From: Eledone cirrhosa | Lineage: Eukaryota | DNA: 64,000 bases | Direction of reading: 5' to 3' | Assembly (NCBI GenBank): GCA_964016885.1 | Contig: OZ024747.1 | Coordinates: 91,884,001-91,948,000, forward strand | Part shown: piece after piece, positions 40,067 to 52,523 of the stretch | How positions within the stretch are numbered: position 1 is the first letter of the stretch | How the letters are laid out: each line of letters starts with the position of its first letter | Made by a program: the position numbers and the translations under genes | The notes under the pieces: generated by a model | The model's input: only the letters and a program-made list of their open reading frames with translations | The model's database searches: none | Told to the model about the DNA's origin: nothing

Positions 40067-40464
40067 AAAGTGGTCAAGTGGTTGCCAAAAACACACATAT
40101 ATATATATATCTATGGCTCTGTCTAGTTTATGTATATGTAAACCTCTATATTTTATATACTCCTGTAAGGTTGAGAAGAAACTTTAGGCAGTATTCGGCT
40201 GCGCTTTCTAGCAACCGCCCTACTCGCCGTCAGGCACCAATCACAAACTTTCTGACTTGACCACTAGCCACGTCACAATTCTTAGCCATTTTGAATTCGT
40301 TTCTGGCGGGGATCATTTAGGAAAAATCTTTGTCCAATTGAGTTTGTTTCCTGATGATTTCGAAACTCGTTGATTTATCCATGATCGGATATTTCTAAAA
40401 AGCGAATGAAACCCCCAGGGGTAGAAACATGTTTTTGGTATGTTTATGTATATTTTTTCTTCTA
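40067..40464 (+). mobile_element. Diverged homologue of the 13958-14340 HHR unit
   Basis: Shared blocks atgtaaacct, gctgc.ctttctagcaa, aatcaca..ctttct.acttgacc, acgtcac.attcttagccatttt and the HHR. Confidence 0.8.
40345..40429 (+). ncRNA. Type I hammerhead ribozyme with extended stem II
   Basis: Stem I tgtttc/gaaaca; CTGATGA 40351-40357; t-ttcg...cgaa-t with a ~40-nt insertion; GAAA; stem III ACCC-ccag-GGGT; GTA triplet. Confidence 0.82.
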
Positions 40465-41752
40465 ACTTCATCAACCGCATGCAGTTCTCTGGCTACAACC
40501 AAAGAGACAGAGTCAGAGTATACGAAGGAGCCATGGAAAAGTATAAGACCCTCATAGAACTGGACATGAAAGGAATTTGCCCACTATACAGGAGCAAATC
40601 ATGGAATAGCTTAGATAGGGCTAGACATAAGATAGGGAAGGCCACATCATGGTACGAGAACCAGAGATATCAGAGTGTCATGTTTGTGGACGCCACCCCT
40701 GGAGGGAAATTAGCTAACCAGTGTAGAAAGGCCCTGAGAAAGACCCACTTAAAAATAAAGGTGGTAGAAAAGCCAGGAACCACCATAAAATCCCTGATCA
40801 GCAAAACCTACCCTTTTAAGAAAACCCACTGTACCAATAGGAAATGTATCATATGTAAGGTGAACCCCCGAATAAACTGTAAAACTAGAAACGTAGTCTA
40901 TAGCATAAGATGTACAGAGGGTACTTGCAGAAACACGACAACAACATACATAGGTGAGACAGCTCGTAGCATAGGTGAAAGGATAGACCAACACTGGGGG
41001 GAACTAAAAGGACGAAAAAACGGGTCAGTACTATACGAACATGCTAGACAACATCATGACGGTAACATAGACAACATAGAAATTAGAATAATATCTAAAC
41101 ATAGGAATGACCCAGCAGATAGGCAAATCAGAGAGGCCAGTGAAATAGAAATTAGAAGACCAAAGCTAAACAGAAAGAATGAGTGGAACAACAACAACAC
41201 CCAAACAAACAACACTGACCTAAGAGAAGTATAAATAAATAAGTAAATTAAATTAAATAAAATAAGATAAATAAATACATACACAAGCACATAAACACAC
41301 ACTAGTCACCCAGCAGACACAACACTATACACACTAGTCACACATCACACATAACACTATACACACACGCAAACGCATGCGCAAAGAAGACAAAATAAAA
41401 TAAGATAAACAAACAAGCAAATAAATAAATAAATATATAGACAGACTGAACAAAAAAAAATGGCGTAGACATACAACACAACAGGAGGAACAATGAATAT
41501 AACACCACTGACGATGTTGCAGATGTGCAACGAAAGATTTATGTAAACTATATATATATGTGTTTGTCTATATTGTATCTGTATTATTTTTGACCGCCGG
41601 TCAGTCAATGGCAACATTGAGGACCGAGTAAGTTAGATCGCAGATATATATATATAAAAGACAGCGAGAAGCGAAAACCAACCAAACAGTGAGTGTGTTC
41701 TGTTATTAATTCTGGCAATATTACGCAAATATGACCCTCCCCAAATATAACA

Positions 41753-41755
<3 letters not shown>
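40465..41755 (+). mobile_element. 5'-truncated Neptune-like Penelope element (RT C-terminus, Cys linker, GIY-YIG, 3' terminal repeat)
   Basis: ORF to 41234: FINRMQFSGY...MFVDATPGG, CTNRKCIIC...C, VVYSIRC...YIGETARSIGERIDQH, QIREA...LNRKNEW. Terminus atgaccctccccaaatataacaata is homologous to 54935-54960. Confidence 0.9.
41503..41546 (+). ncRNA. Minimal hammerhead ribozyme in Neptune-like 3' repeat
   Basis: ca-CTGACGA-t-gttgca gatg tgcaac-GAAA-gatt-TA-tg; same architecture and position as 54752; stem I weak. Confidence 0.65.
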
Positions 41756-41802
<47 letters not shown>

Positions 41803-42989
41803 ATATTAATATATAGTGAGCGAGTGGAGAGTGACCAATGCTTAATTCTACTCTGAAGGTTATTTTTGTTAAATTATTTTATGGTCTCAATCATTTTACT
41901 GAGACCATGCTGAGGTACTACATCGAAGAGTTTGGGTTAGGTATATTGACCGAGGTACATATTTCTTCAATCTGATTTCTATTCGATCCATCTCTAGTAA
42001 TCTACCAAATAAAAGGATGCATCTTGATGTTACTTTACACTTTCTTTTTTTCCATCTCCCTCTCATATTCTCTGTTACTGTCAACCAAACATATCTCACA
42101 AATTAATGGAAAATCCGACGCTACAGTAGAAGACACACATTCAATGATCTATGTAATGAGATCGAAGTCAAACTCATGTTCTTGTATAGCGAACCTTTTA
42201 ACCACACTGCAAATCTAAATTCTAAAGCTGTGTAAATGAAGGCTAATCAAATTTAGCAGATTTCGTGTCTATTTAGAATCTTGACACGCCTACCCATCGA
42301 ATGCTGCCTTATGTCTTTAGTTAAACCAATGTTTATAGGGCGATCATGCACAATAACGTTCATTTACTAAATTACTTCATATACTGTGCCGTGAAAACCT
42401 TAATTAATACGGAATAAATCATTAATTTTTCCATTAACAGATTAGAATATGCGTAAATTATGATTCCCTGTTAACTTGAAATATTTTTCGGTAGTGGCTG
42501 CATATTATAATTTGAACTAAAGCGTTTCTTCTTTTGTGAAACACAATGTGAATAAGAGTTGAGCATCTTTATTTCTTTTAATACCTTTGCTCGAAATGCA
42601 ATTAAAACATTGACGATTTTTTCGTTCTAAATATATTAATTGGAAATTTTAAGCTAGAATTTATAGGAAATATCATAACAAAAACAAAATTGATCTATAA
42701 ATATTCAAACCTACGACCTGAAATTTCAGAAGAAATTACGAAAGTCACAGGACGTTACACTAACTGTTGAGCTATGGTAATTTAAACATATAACTTTATT
42801 AAAACCTCTGCCTCTTCTAATACATTCCGTTAATAATTCCTCCGAATAATTAAGTATCAAGTAAATTTAGAACAGAGTAATTATTTCTAAAATCGTTTTA
42901 AAAAATGTACTGATATTGACCTCTTCGAAATTTAATATATAAATTAAAAAGGAACTTGTATTACTTAATTATACTAGACGCATATATAC

Positions 42990-43074
<85 letters not shown>

Positions 43075-43108
43075 TAAAAAAATAAGTGGGAACGAAGTTT
43101 ATTCACCT

Positions 43109-43191
43109 GTGACGCGCGTTACACAATCGATCAGCTAGAGGTACGATCGGTCACGATCTGGACTGACACTGAAATCAATAGCTCATCAGAC
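43109..43191 (-). ncRNA. Degenerate hammerhead with long stem II
   Basis: CTGATGA-gctattgat..cag...ctgatcgattgt-GTAAC(for GAAAC)-GCGC-GTC; palindromic stem III ACGCGCGT. Confidence 0.5.
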
Positions 43192-43464
43192 TTTTGACGA
43201 GCCAACGATTCTAGAGTCACGCCGTATCGTCACCGATTGAATCTTGCGCTGGCCTATGGCAAAGCGCCTACCTCAGGGAAATAAAATCTTTATAAGATGC
43301 TAAATTCATACTAAGTCCCCACTCACCTATTATTATGATTATTATGTTTTCCTTCGGTTTCGCTTCATATGCAATGACTACCGAATAGGAACCAGATACT
43401 TATGGCAGGTGTCGTTGATTTTCACAGTTTATTTAGCTTTTTTTTCTTCCTGTATTATGTTTTC

Positions 43465-43569
43465 CTTTGAGTCTCAGTCATTGTGGTTATTTAACTTGAA
43501 AGTTTGTTCAAATGAGCACGCTACCCACAGCTTCAGATATTCAGGATGAATCGGAGGGTTCTTGCTGTT
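43465..43569 (-). mobile_element. Very short 3'-terminal fragment of the R4/Dong family at 4544
   Basis: Matches 4547-4658 (ctttgagtctcagtcattg...tcagatattcagga...ggagggttcttgctgtt). Confidence 0.8.
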
Positions 43570-43610
43570 AATGTGAATCAACTGTAACTAAACGTTACAC
43601 ACCAAGCAAC

Positions 43611-43653
<43 letters not shown>

Positions 43654-43655
<2 letters not shown>

Positions 43656-44205
43656 GGTCGTTGGCGACTAAACTGGCAACCCCACCAAGGTTTCTTGGTG
43701 AGGAAGGTGACTTTGGACATCCTGCAGGACTAAAAACAAAACCTGTCAAAGGGCAAAGGAGCTCTTAAGAGTCAATGGCCATCCAAAATCACCGGGAGAG
43801 ATGACCCCTTAGCCTTTGTCAAGGCAGAATTCTAGGAGAAGGAAAACTCTGATATAACAGCTGCAACCCTGATGGTTTCCAATGATGTTGACTTGTTCTT
43901 CTTTTTGGTAAATATCATCTTGGTTAAGAGAGTGGGACTGGCTTTGTGCAGTGCCTTTGCTCACTATAAAAGCTTCACAACACAGGCATTGCTTTATATC
44001 TGGAGATCTCTCTGCACTTGTCGTCACATGGTACCATGGGCCCAGCACTATGTGTCAATAATTGTCACAAGTGTAGTGTTTGTACCAGAGTTTTCAAGTT
44101 GGTGGCTGGACTAAAAAGTCACACTCGTTCAGCGCATCGGTAGGGGTTCTCCTACATGGGTATAAAGTAGTGGCCGTACTCGAAAACGAGTTGGCAGCCA
44201 CCACC
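43654..44205 (+). mobile_element. Non-coding RTE-derived element (copy 4)
   Basis: Head motif, tctaggagaaggaaaactctgat, and middle and 3' blocks shared with 31060-31612; TA flanks. Confidence 0.65.
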
Positions 44206-44311
44206 ATATATATATCCAGGGAGTGTGACGTGAAGTTACTGTAGGTTCACCCAGGTGAGAACTCGATGTTTAGGTTCACGTCAGTAGCGAGGTGTAGAGC
44301 TAAACAGAGTG

Positions 44312-44400
44312 TAATACAAGGACGATTTGTTAAGCCTTCATTACAGTTATTGATTGGCATCAATCAATAAACGTAATGAAGGCTTAAAAAGTCGTCCTTA

Positions 44401-44405
<5 letters not shown>
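44312..44405. repeat. Fold-back hairpin
   Basis: ~45-bp arms around attgattg-gcat-caatcaat, followed by aaacGTAatgaagg. Confidence 0.7.
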
Positions 44406-44440
<35 letters not shown>

Positions 44441-44442
<2 letters not shown>

Positions 44443-45278
44443 AGTTGCATTTATCTTGCTTTATGTTCATATGAGTTATCACCAAGTCACAACCAGTGAC
44501 CTCAAGAGACAACAAGGTCCGCCATGTTCAAGAAAGAACATACATACTCACACATGCATCTTTAGTGTTTAGACTTGTGATGTACTTATATTGACAGAAT
44601 CTTCCTTAGTATATGGGCAGTTCCCATTAGTACTATCTTTTGTATTTCTCCTATACGCGGGTTTCCTGGGATTTGCGATAAGTAATCATTAGACCCCTTA
44701 GGTATCATTCCCAGAGCGCCTACAACCACTGGTATTGTTTTAGTTCTCAATTTCCACATTTTTCCAATTTCTATCTCCAGGTCCTTATACTTGCTCAATT
44801 TTTCAAATGTTTTTATAGATACTTTCTTGTCTATTGGAACAGACATATCAATTAGCAGGCACACGCTCTTTTTAAAGTCCTTCAGTATTATATCAGGTCT
44901 ATTTGCATCTATTTTTCGGTCTGTTTGGATGCTAAAGTTCCACAAGATTGAGATGTGATTATTATTATTACAGTTGCATTTATCTTGCTTTATGTTCATA
45001 CGAGTTATCACCAAGTCACAACCAGTGACCTCAAGAGACAACAAGGTCCGCCATGTTCAAGAAAGAACATACATATTCACACATGCATCTTTAGTGTTTA
45101 GACTTGTGATGTACTTATATTGACAGAATCTTCCTTAGTATATGGGCAGTTCCCATTAATACTATCTTTTGTATTTCTCCTATACGTGGGTTTCCTGGGA
45201 TTTGCGATATGTAATCATTAGACCCCTTAGGTATCATTCCCAGAGCGCCTACAACCACTGGTATTGTTTTAGTTCTAA

Positions 45279-45281
<3 letters not shown>
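44441..45281 (-). mobile_element. Two tandem 5'-truncated R4/Dong RLE fragments (44441-44957 and 44971-45281) within (TAA)n
   Basis: ILWNFSIQTDRKIDANRPDII...LIDMSVP...KLSKYKDL...PVVVGALG; near-identical 3' UTRs; (TTA)n before, between and after. Confidence 0.9.
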
Positions 45282-45345
<64 letters not shown>

Positions 45346-45674
45346 ATATATATATATAAAATATGATTTCAGTTCCTAAGAGAAATAACAAGGAGCTGGA
45401 TATATCAATGGATTGACGGAGTAAAACACACTTCAACAACATGTGTACCTGTCCTTCCCACACCAATTCGGACTGCCTGAAGAGGTCAAAGCCAATGATG
45501 GCTGTCACCGAAATATATATAGCAGTATATCTATAATTTGTAATAAACGAAGCCAAATTCTACATGTTTGACTTAATTATTTTACATTACTCCGGAGAAA
45601 ACAAACCAACCTGCGTACTTCGTCAAATGCTCCAATCTGCATACTGAGGTGTCGGAAAACAACCAACATATACT

Positions 45675-45709
<35 letters not shown>

Positions 45710-45710
<1 letters not shown>

Positions 45711-46626
45711 AGGGTTGACGGACCCAGCATATTTATCAATGCCAGTACCGGTTGTATCTCAGCGCGCTCAATTGGTCAATGTAAAATACATTACCAGAGT
45801 ATACACATAGTTATTTGCCTCAACACAACACGCGTAAAACGGGTGCCTATAAGGTTCACGGACTCGAGTTTCTGCCGCACTAATGCAGCAGTAAGGTGCA
45901 CTGCACCATCTGTCTGCATATATTATGCAACAATGCACAATCGGCTTATGCGGCTTCATCGGCTGGTATCGCCTAATCAATAACCAATCGACGACAGAAT
46001 CCAAACACCGGCCCATGCCGGTCATGATTGTTTGGGACAACCGACACGGTAAAGCGATTAGCAACTGGCAACCGATAGGACTCTATCTCTCAACTAGCCA
46101 CTGATTTACAAATTTTACGTGGGGACGGGAAGCTAAAAAGAATCAATCTTTTAGTTCCTGTCTGAAGCCCTCAGCCAACGTGTCTCACACACAAATTATC
46201 AAGGGGTGAAAAGATGGCTATTAGAAATAGCAGTTCACATTAATATAAAATAGAATGGTAGCATTCGGTTCATGTCTCCAAGCCCCATGGCTAGAGGAAA
46301 GCGATGGTAACAATAGTAGTGCCAAGAACCTTTAATGGACTTTAAATGCGATCATCCATTATATAACAATATAGTAGCGAGCTGAAATGTGTCAGCGGCG
46401 TGCGTATATAACCAGTCTAATTGACAACTTAAAAGAGTGAGAGGCAAAATTAGTAGTAGGAAAAAACAAAAACACAATAAAATGTGAAAAATTGTTTAAC
46501 TTACTCTCAATATTCCGCTCGTTGGGAGATAATAATAATAAGAAGGGTTGACGGACCCAGCATATTTATCAATGCCAGTACCGGTTGTATCTCAGCGCAC
46601 TCAATGGGCAATGTAAGATACATTAC
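45710..46626 (-). mobile_element. Non-coding terminally redundant HHR-bearing unit (833-nt period)
   Basis: ~85-bp direct repeats at 45710-45794 and 46543-46626; abuts (TA)n; HHR motif inside. Confidence 0.7.
45857..45966 (-). ncRNA. Hammerhead variant: CCGATGA core with an 83-nt stem II domain
   Basis: CCGATGA-a-gccgca...tgcggc-a-GAAAC-TCGA-GTC; palindromic stem III ACTCGAGT; stem I short and bulged. Confidence 0.62.
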
Positions 46627-48448
46627 TGAGCAACAGGAATTTTATATATGAGGAAACAAGAAAAAGAAACACACCCATGCATACACACGCATCTAGTCTA
46701 TGTTAAAGCCTTTGATAAAGATTTTTCAGCATAAAATAAAGGAATTGGCATTAACAGAACACTGAAAATCAGTAATACAGTCATAGTTTCGACACAGGGA
46801 TAGATTTGTCTCTTGCTCAACATCACTCAAAATCGTTGCTCGGTATATAATTTCCTTATTTCTGATAAGATATTTTGTCACCTTTGGAAATGAATGATGT
46901 TAATAATAATTCATTGAATCCGAATAGATAAATGAGAAAGAAAACCTAGTTTGTTTTGAAATGTCTGTTTCAGTGTATTTTTAGACAATGACAATAACAG
47001 CACCTGAATATATAGTTTTATGGATTCTATAGAATTGGTAAATTTTGGTCATATGTATCCTTGTAACTAACTGGACAAAATTGCACACAGCTATGTTGTA
47101 ATAAGAATAAATATTTTAATTTTCTTGAGCATTCATTTTTTATGACGCGGTACGATAATCCCTATGAAGTTTGGGCCAGACAACAATGGCATTTAAATTA
47201 GTATGGTTGTTGGTTTTCAAAGCAGACATGCATGCACCAAGAAAATCAGTATGCTGTCTTCTACATAAATGCATCGTAAGAATTTATACATATTCTGAAT
47301 TGTATATATGAAAGTGTAAAGGCCAACCGGATGTCTGACGTTGTATTCACATAAATTTTGCATAGACATAATGGCAACTTGTAATAGGCTTGTATTCAAT
47401 TTCCTGATCATTCAATCTACAAGACGAATTCTGTCTCTATCAATTACAAATGAAAGCTGAAAAGGAATTTTTCTGTCGGTCAAATGTCTACTTGATTTCA
47501 TATTGACACCAGTTCAATCTAATTCTGAACACAAACAAAAGTATTGGTAACAATTTGTAGATTAGTTATAACCCACTTTTGTGTCCAAGGATAGTGGCAA
47601 GGGAAAACTAGAATCATTAAAACCTAGAAATCTCATATGATTGTTTCAACATACAGAAAAATACAGTATGTTAGTAACTTCATTAAGTAAACAAGTCTGG
47701 GCTTTCTCACTGGTGAGATTGCTAAGCGTCTTACATGAGATACTAAATCTATTAGAACCTCGCTGGAATCCCATGTCACAGAATTCGCCTGCTTCAGCTT
47801 AACTACTTATTTATGCGATCAATTGTATAAACGATTTAAAGAGTATGTACGCACATTTATCTATGCACGTAGATAAAGGAAAATGTGATAATTGTTTGCA
47901 TACATCTATGTATAGTATGCGTAATTTTATTTGTGTGTATATATATATATATGGATGTGTGACTGGTTAAATGTCAGATGTAAATACATCTATGTGTGCA
48001 CACCTGCATTCATGCACACAGATATTAGTATATAAGAATCATTCGTCAGATATATAAATGCAATCATGCAAATTTTATTCACAGTTGACAATACATCATC
48101 TTCTTTCGCTGTTTCTCTTCATCAGGGAAAGATACATATATTTCTCACTATCTCAGATGCAAACATTGAATTTGACACGTCGAGACCTTTTCTGGTCATT
48201 TGCTTGCAGCCAATTGTAAAATGTTAGTTATAGAAATAGCATTAATCATTTTGGTGTTTATTGTATTGGTTTATTACTTTTATCTCAGAATATATGAAAT
48301 AAATATTACAAAATAAATAATAGTAATGTATGGAGACTAAATATGATTTATAGTAAATAATAGTAAATATATATCAGCAACAGTTTTCCAGTTAGAACGT
48401 TAAGTTGTCTTCCATTGAGATCTTAGAAGAGAAGTTAAAGTATGCCTG

Positions 48449-48551
48449 TATTAGATGCACAGAACACTGAAAATCAGTAATACAGTCATAGTTTCGACAC
48501 AGGGATAGATTTGTCTCTTGCTCAACATCACTCAAAATCGTGCATCTAATA
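48449..48551. repeat. 83-bp exact copy of 46754-46836 bracketed by 12-bp inverted repeats
   Basis: 48459-48541 is identical to 46754-46836; flanks are tattagatgcac / gtgcatctaata. Confidence 0.85.
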
Positions 48552-49070
48552 AAAGCATGCATGCATAGTCACCTACTCCCTGATGGAGGTGTTGGAGCGC
48601 TATAGTGACATATGGCATTTCTAGAGCAGTTTAAACCTGGCGAAGCCCATCCCTCTCCAGGTCTGAATAAAGCAGATTTCTTCGAGAGAAGGATAGAGAG
48701 TGAGGAAAAGGAAGTGAGAAAGAGATATAGAGGAAGAATTGAGTCCAGTATTAGACTGGTACGTTTTTAACCACCTTAAAGGAATGAAAGGCAAGGTTGA
48801 CCTCGGCAGTTCCTATTTTATTCAATAAATGTAGATAACAGGTGTCTTAAGTAAAGTAAATTTGTATATTTCAATCTAGCATATGTAACAAGTAACAAAG
48901 CGTTTATTTTGCATTTTACTTAACAACAATGAGATATATTTATGTATAAAGAAAAGAAATGTATTATAAATATATCACTATTGTTTCATGGTGAGGATGA
49001 CTTCAAGGACGCCGCCACCAGTAACCAATAAAACTATTATAGCAAATATATCTCTCTCTAACGTGTGTGT

Positions 49071-49285
49071 GAAGGTGCGTGGCTGAGTGGTTAGAGAATT
49101 GGATTCAAAATCGCGAGGTTGTTCGATTCCCGGACCGGGCGGTGCATTATGTCCATGAGCAAGACATTTCATTTTACTTTGCTCCTTCCACCTGGAGTTG
49201 CGACCGATAGATAGCATTAATAATTGGAAAAACCAATGGAAACAGTGTTTTCTCGGTCCGATTTGACGTAAGTCGATCGACTGTC
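49071..49285 (+). mobile_element. tRNA-derived SINE family 2, second copy
   Basis: Colinear with 33830-34043. Confidence 0.85.
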
Positions 49286-49286
49286 G

Positions 49287-49321
<35 letters not shown>

Positions 49322-49545
49322 TATAACCAAAGATTAATATGGTTCATTAATTACTCAGTGAATATAGTTTTACAATAGATTAAAGCACTCTACAAAAAGG
49401 ATTTCGGGAGTTATTAATATTATTCAAAATATTAATAAATGAAGACATTCACATAATCAAAATATATGTTTTATTATATATATTTCGAAGATACTGTGCT
49501 GTTTTTTCAGTACGTCCTCGTCAGATAAAATACATGAATTGATGT

Positions 49546-49630
49546 ATGACATACCCCAACTGTCTTGATGGTTCAATTCCAGTATTGGCAGTACTGCCAA
49601 TACTGGAATTGGATAGTTAAGGTATGTCAT
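49546..49630. repeat. Fold-back structure with a perfect 38-bp palindrome (49574-49611)
   Basis: caattccagtattggcagt/actgccaatactggaattg; outer arms atgacatacc/ggtatgtcat. Confidence 0.8.
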
Positions 49631-49644
49631 ATATATATATATAT

Positions 49645-49835
49645 ATGAGGGGGTGCTGAGGATTTCCTAGATTTGGGTAAAAGAAAATACAGGAGAATCA
49701 GTTAATTATCATTTTATTCAACATATTCCCCTCTCAGATTCGCGCATTTATTGCGGCGGTCCTACCTCTCCTGTAAAAGTAACAACTCTACCCTTTTCCG
49801 ATACCCTTATAGCCAGGAACCTTTCCACACACACA
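49645..49835. mobile_element. Degraded mariner-type MITE or internally deleted element
   Basis: Starts at TA with tgagggggtgctgaggatttcctagat; imperfect inverted end atagccaggaacctttccacac; internal ttttattcaacatattcccctct is typical of mariner 5' ends. Confidence 0.5.
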
Positions 49836-51091
49836 TAATGAATTAAAAGGCAGTATGTAATAATTTCGTCACATTCTATTTTTAAGTAATTCTATTATAC
49901 GTATTTCGATGGCATCTGTTATGCAACAAAAATGTAATCCATTTGATAAGCAAATCCGGGATATTGCCCGAGTTCTTATTCTGTGTTATGTATGTTCTAT
50001 ATCCGGCATACTCTCTGTGGCTAGATACCCTTCTTAACACTAACCACTTTACACAGTGTACTAGGATTGCATTAACGTGACTGCAACATAAAATAATTTA
50101 TTTTACTTGGATTCCACTCGGTTCATAATTAAAACTTTATGGAACAAGTATTTAATCAGCAGCATTTCTTCCAAAAACTGAAATATAATGGTTTCATTTT
50201 CCAATGTATGTTACTAGAAAATGTTAATTAAATAGTTAAAAAACGGAAGTTTCTGAAAAAAAGGATGAGTGACAGAAAGCGCGCGAAAGAAAAGACAGTG
50301 ATAAAGAGAATTAGTGATAGTTTTAAAGTGTGCGCAAAGGGTTCCTTAGTACAATACCCTTCTATATATCCAATAGTCATATATAACGTTTTCCTCAGCC
50401 AAATAAATAATACTAAAAAACGAATCTAGAAACTTAATTAAAAGCATGAATTTCTACGAACTGCAGGCTACTGGTTATATAGGAGAATGCTAGTCAGCCA
50501 TGTGCTAATGACTTCCGTTTAATTGGGAAACACTTCTACATAACGCACAATCACTGACTACTACTTTTTGTCTTCGATCATCTTCATTTTACAAAGACAC
50601 TAACTAATACCGCTCGCATAAATACACACGCACATACATACACACATGCTCACACAGATATAGACACGCGTACACTTACGCGCACACACACATAGACATA
50701 TATATATTTGTATTTATATATATAAATATACATAATTAAATATATACATATATATATATGTGTCAGTTTATGCCTGTTTATGCGCATGGATGTGTATCTA
50801 TGTATGAATGTATGTATGTAAGTCCCTATGTAAATGTGTATATAACTGCTTCAAAATACTTTTGAACACATGTATATATATTATCAACATACAATTTAGG
50901 TTTCGGCTCTCCTTTCATAAACTATATGCAATCGTATTCTCTTATCTTGTGATTCCTAGTTGATTATTAAAATTTTAATTACTATCTTATTAACAGATTC
51001 TAAGGAACATGGTTTTTGTTGGTACCATTTTTACCAAAATATTCTTGCTAAGAAGATTCACTGATTCATACATTATTTATATATAACACAG

Positions 51092-51153
<62 letters not shown>

Positions 51154-51574
51154 GTGTGTATAATGGTAGCTATGGTGCTTCCATAGGCGGTATGCCAAGA
51201 TTAGCACTCAATATTCTTACAGAGCAGAGTGTGGATAGTATAAAAAACGAAAATTCAGTGATGCATCTGGACTCAGTTTATTGCGTGTTACAATTATTTC
51301 GCCGGCAGGTAGCTCGAGACATGATCACTGTATCGATCTGGCTGATTCTACGGCTGCAGGTTCCTTCGGACACATGCAATTCTTTCGGAGCAAATTTTCT
51401 CACTGGGGTGTTATCATCAAAAAGCACCTTCAAAAAACATTTCCACTCTTGTCATGCCATAGGGTGTTGTTTTTCTACGTCATCATAAATTCTGGTCACT
51501 ATTTACTGTTACACTGGTCATCATATATATATATAAGGAAAATTATTTCAAAAAACGATTTGAAAAGTGTACCT

Positions 51575-51629
<55 letters not shown>

Positions 51630-51771
51630 GGGGGGGGCGTGTGTGTAGTAGGTGAGTTTTCTTGTACCACAATAAAGCAATGCAAATATCGGATAAGTAG
51701 CACTCAACAGCTTATAGGACTGGAGTATGAATAATAATATAAAATCAAAAGATGGTTAAAAGAGTTCCATG

Positions 51772-51842
51772 TATTTTATTATGCGCATTTCAAAAACAAA
51801 TATCATCATGGGATGATATTTGCGTTCTCATCAGATAAAATA
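51772..51842 (-). ncRNA. Type I hammerhead ribozyme, intact, long stem II
   Basis: tattttat-CTGATGA-(16-nt arm) ccat (16-nt arm)-GAAA-TGCGCA-TA-ataaaata; palindromic stem III ATGCGCAT. Confidence 0.88.
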
Positions 51843-52073
51843 GGGAGACATGATATGAAGCTTAAAAAACACTTGCGAGCAGTGAAGTGTTAAATCAACA
51901 TATGAAAAATAAAATAAGATGGATATATGAGATTGGAAAAAAGGAAAAGGAGGGGGGAAGGAAAAGGTAAAGAAGAGGAAGAAAGAATATAGATATAACA
52001 AAAAAATATAATAAGAAGAAAAGGATGACGGAGGAGGAGTATAAGAAGGAAGGGTGAGAGAGGAGGAGAAGAT

Positions 52074-52114
<41 letters not shown>

Positions 52115-52523
52115 TTTAATACTGAGAAACACTGTCTCACAGAGACAAATTTAAAAAACCGTTGTAAGATAATATATAATTTAAAAAATTAAAAAATTAA
52201 AAGTTAATCAAGTTTATGAATGGTGATGCTTATGATTAAAGAAAAAGGAATTAAGAATACTATTTATTAAAGGGTTTAATAAGATGTGCGAAAAGGAATT
52301 TATTAAAATGTATTATTAAAATAAAATATATTAAGAAGATAAGGTGAATGAAGATAAGGTTAAATGAATTATGAACTTAGAGGAATTAATTAGGGTCCAA
52401 GTTTCTATATATTGTTTCTATATATTGTAATAGGAAAAAGTAAATAATAGATTTAATACGAGTATGGAAGGAGAGAAAACATATATAACGTCAAAGAAAT
52501 ATGTTTACAAAATTTCTCTAATT

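Noticed and set aside
46754-46836. 83-mer as a minus-strand hammerhead (gtcGAAAC...GTA)
   Set aside because: No CTGANGA box.
49485-49530. Minus-strand CTGACGA...GAAA motif
   Set aside because: Stems II and III are too degenerate.
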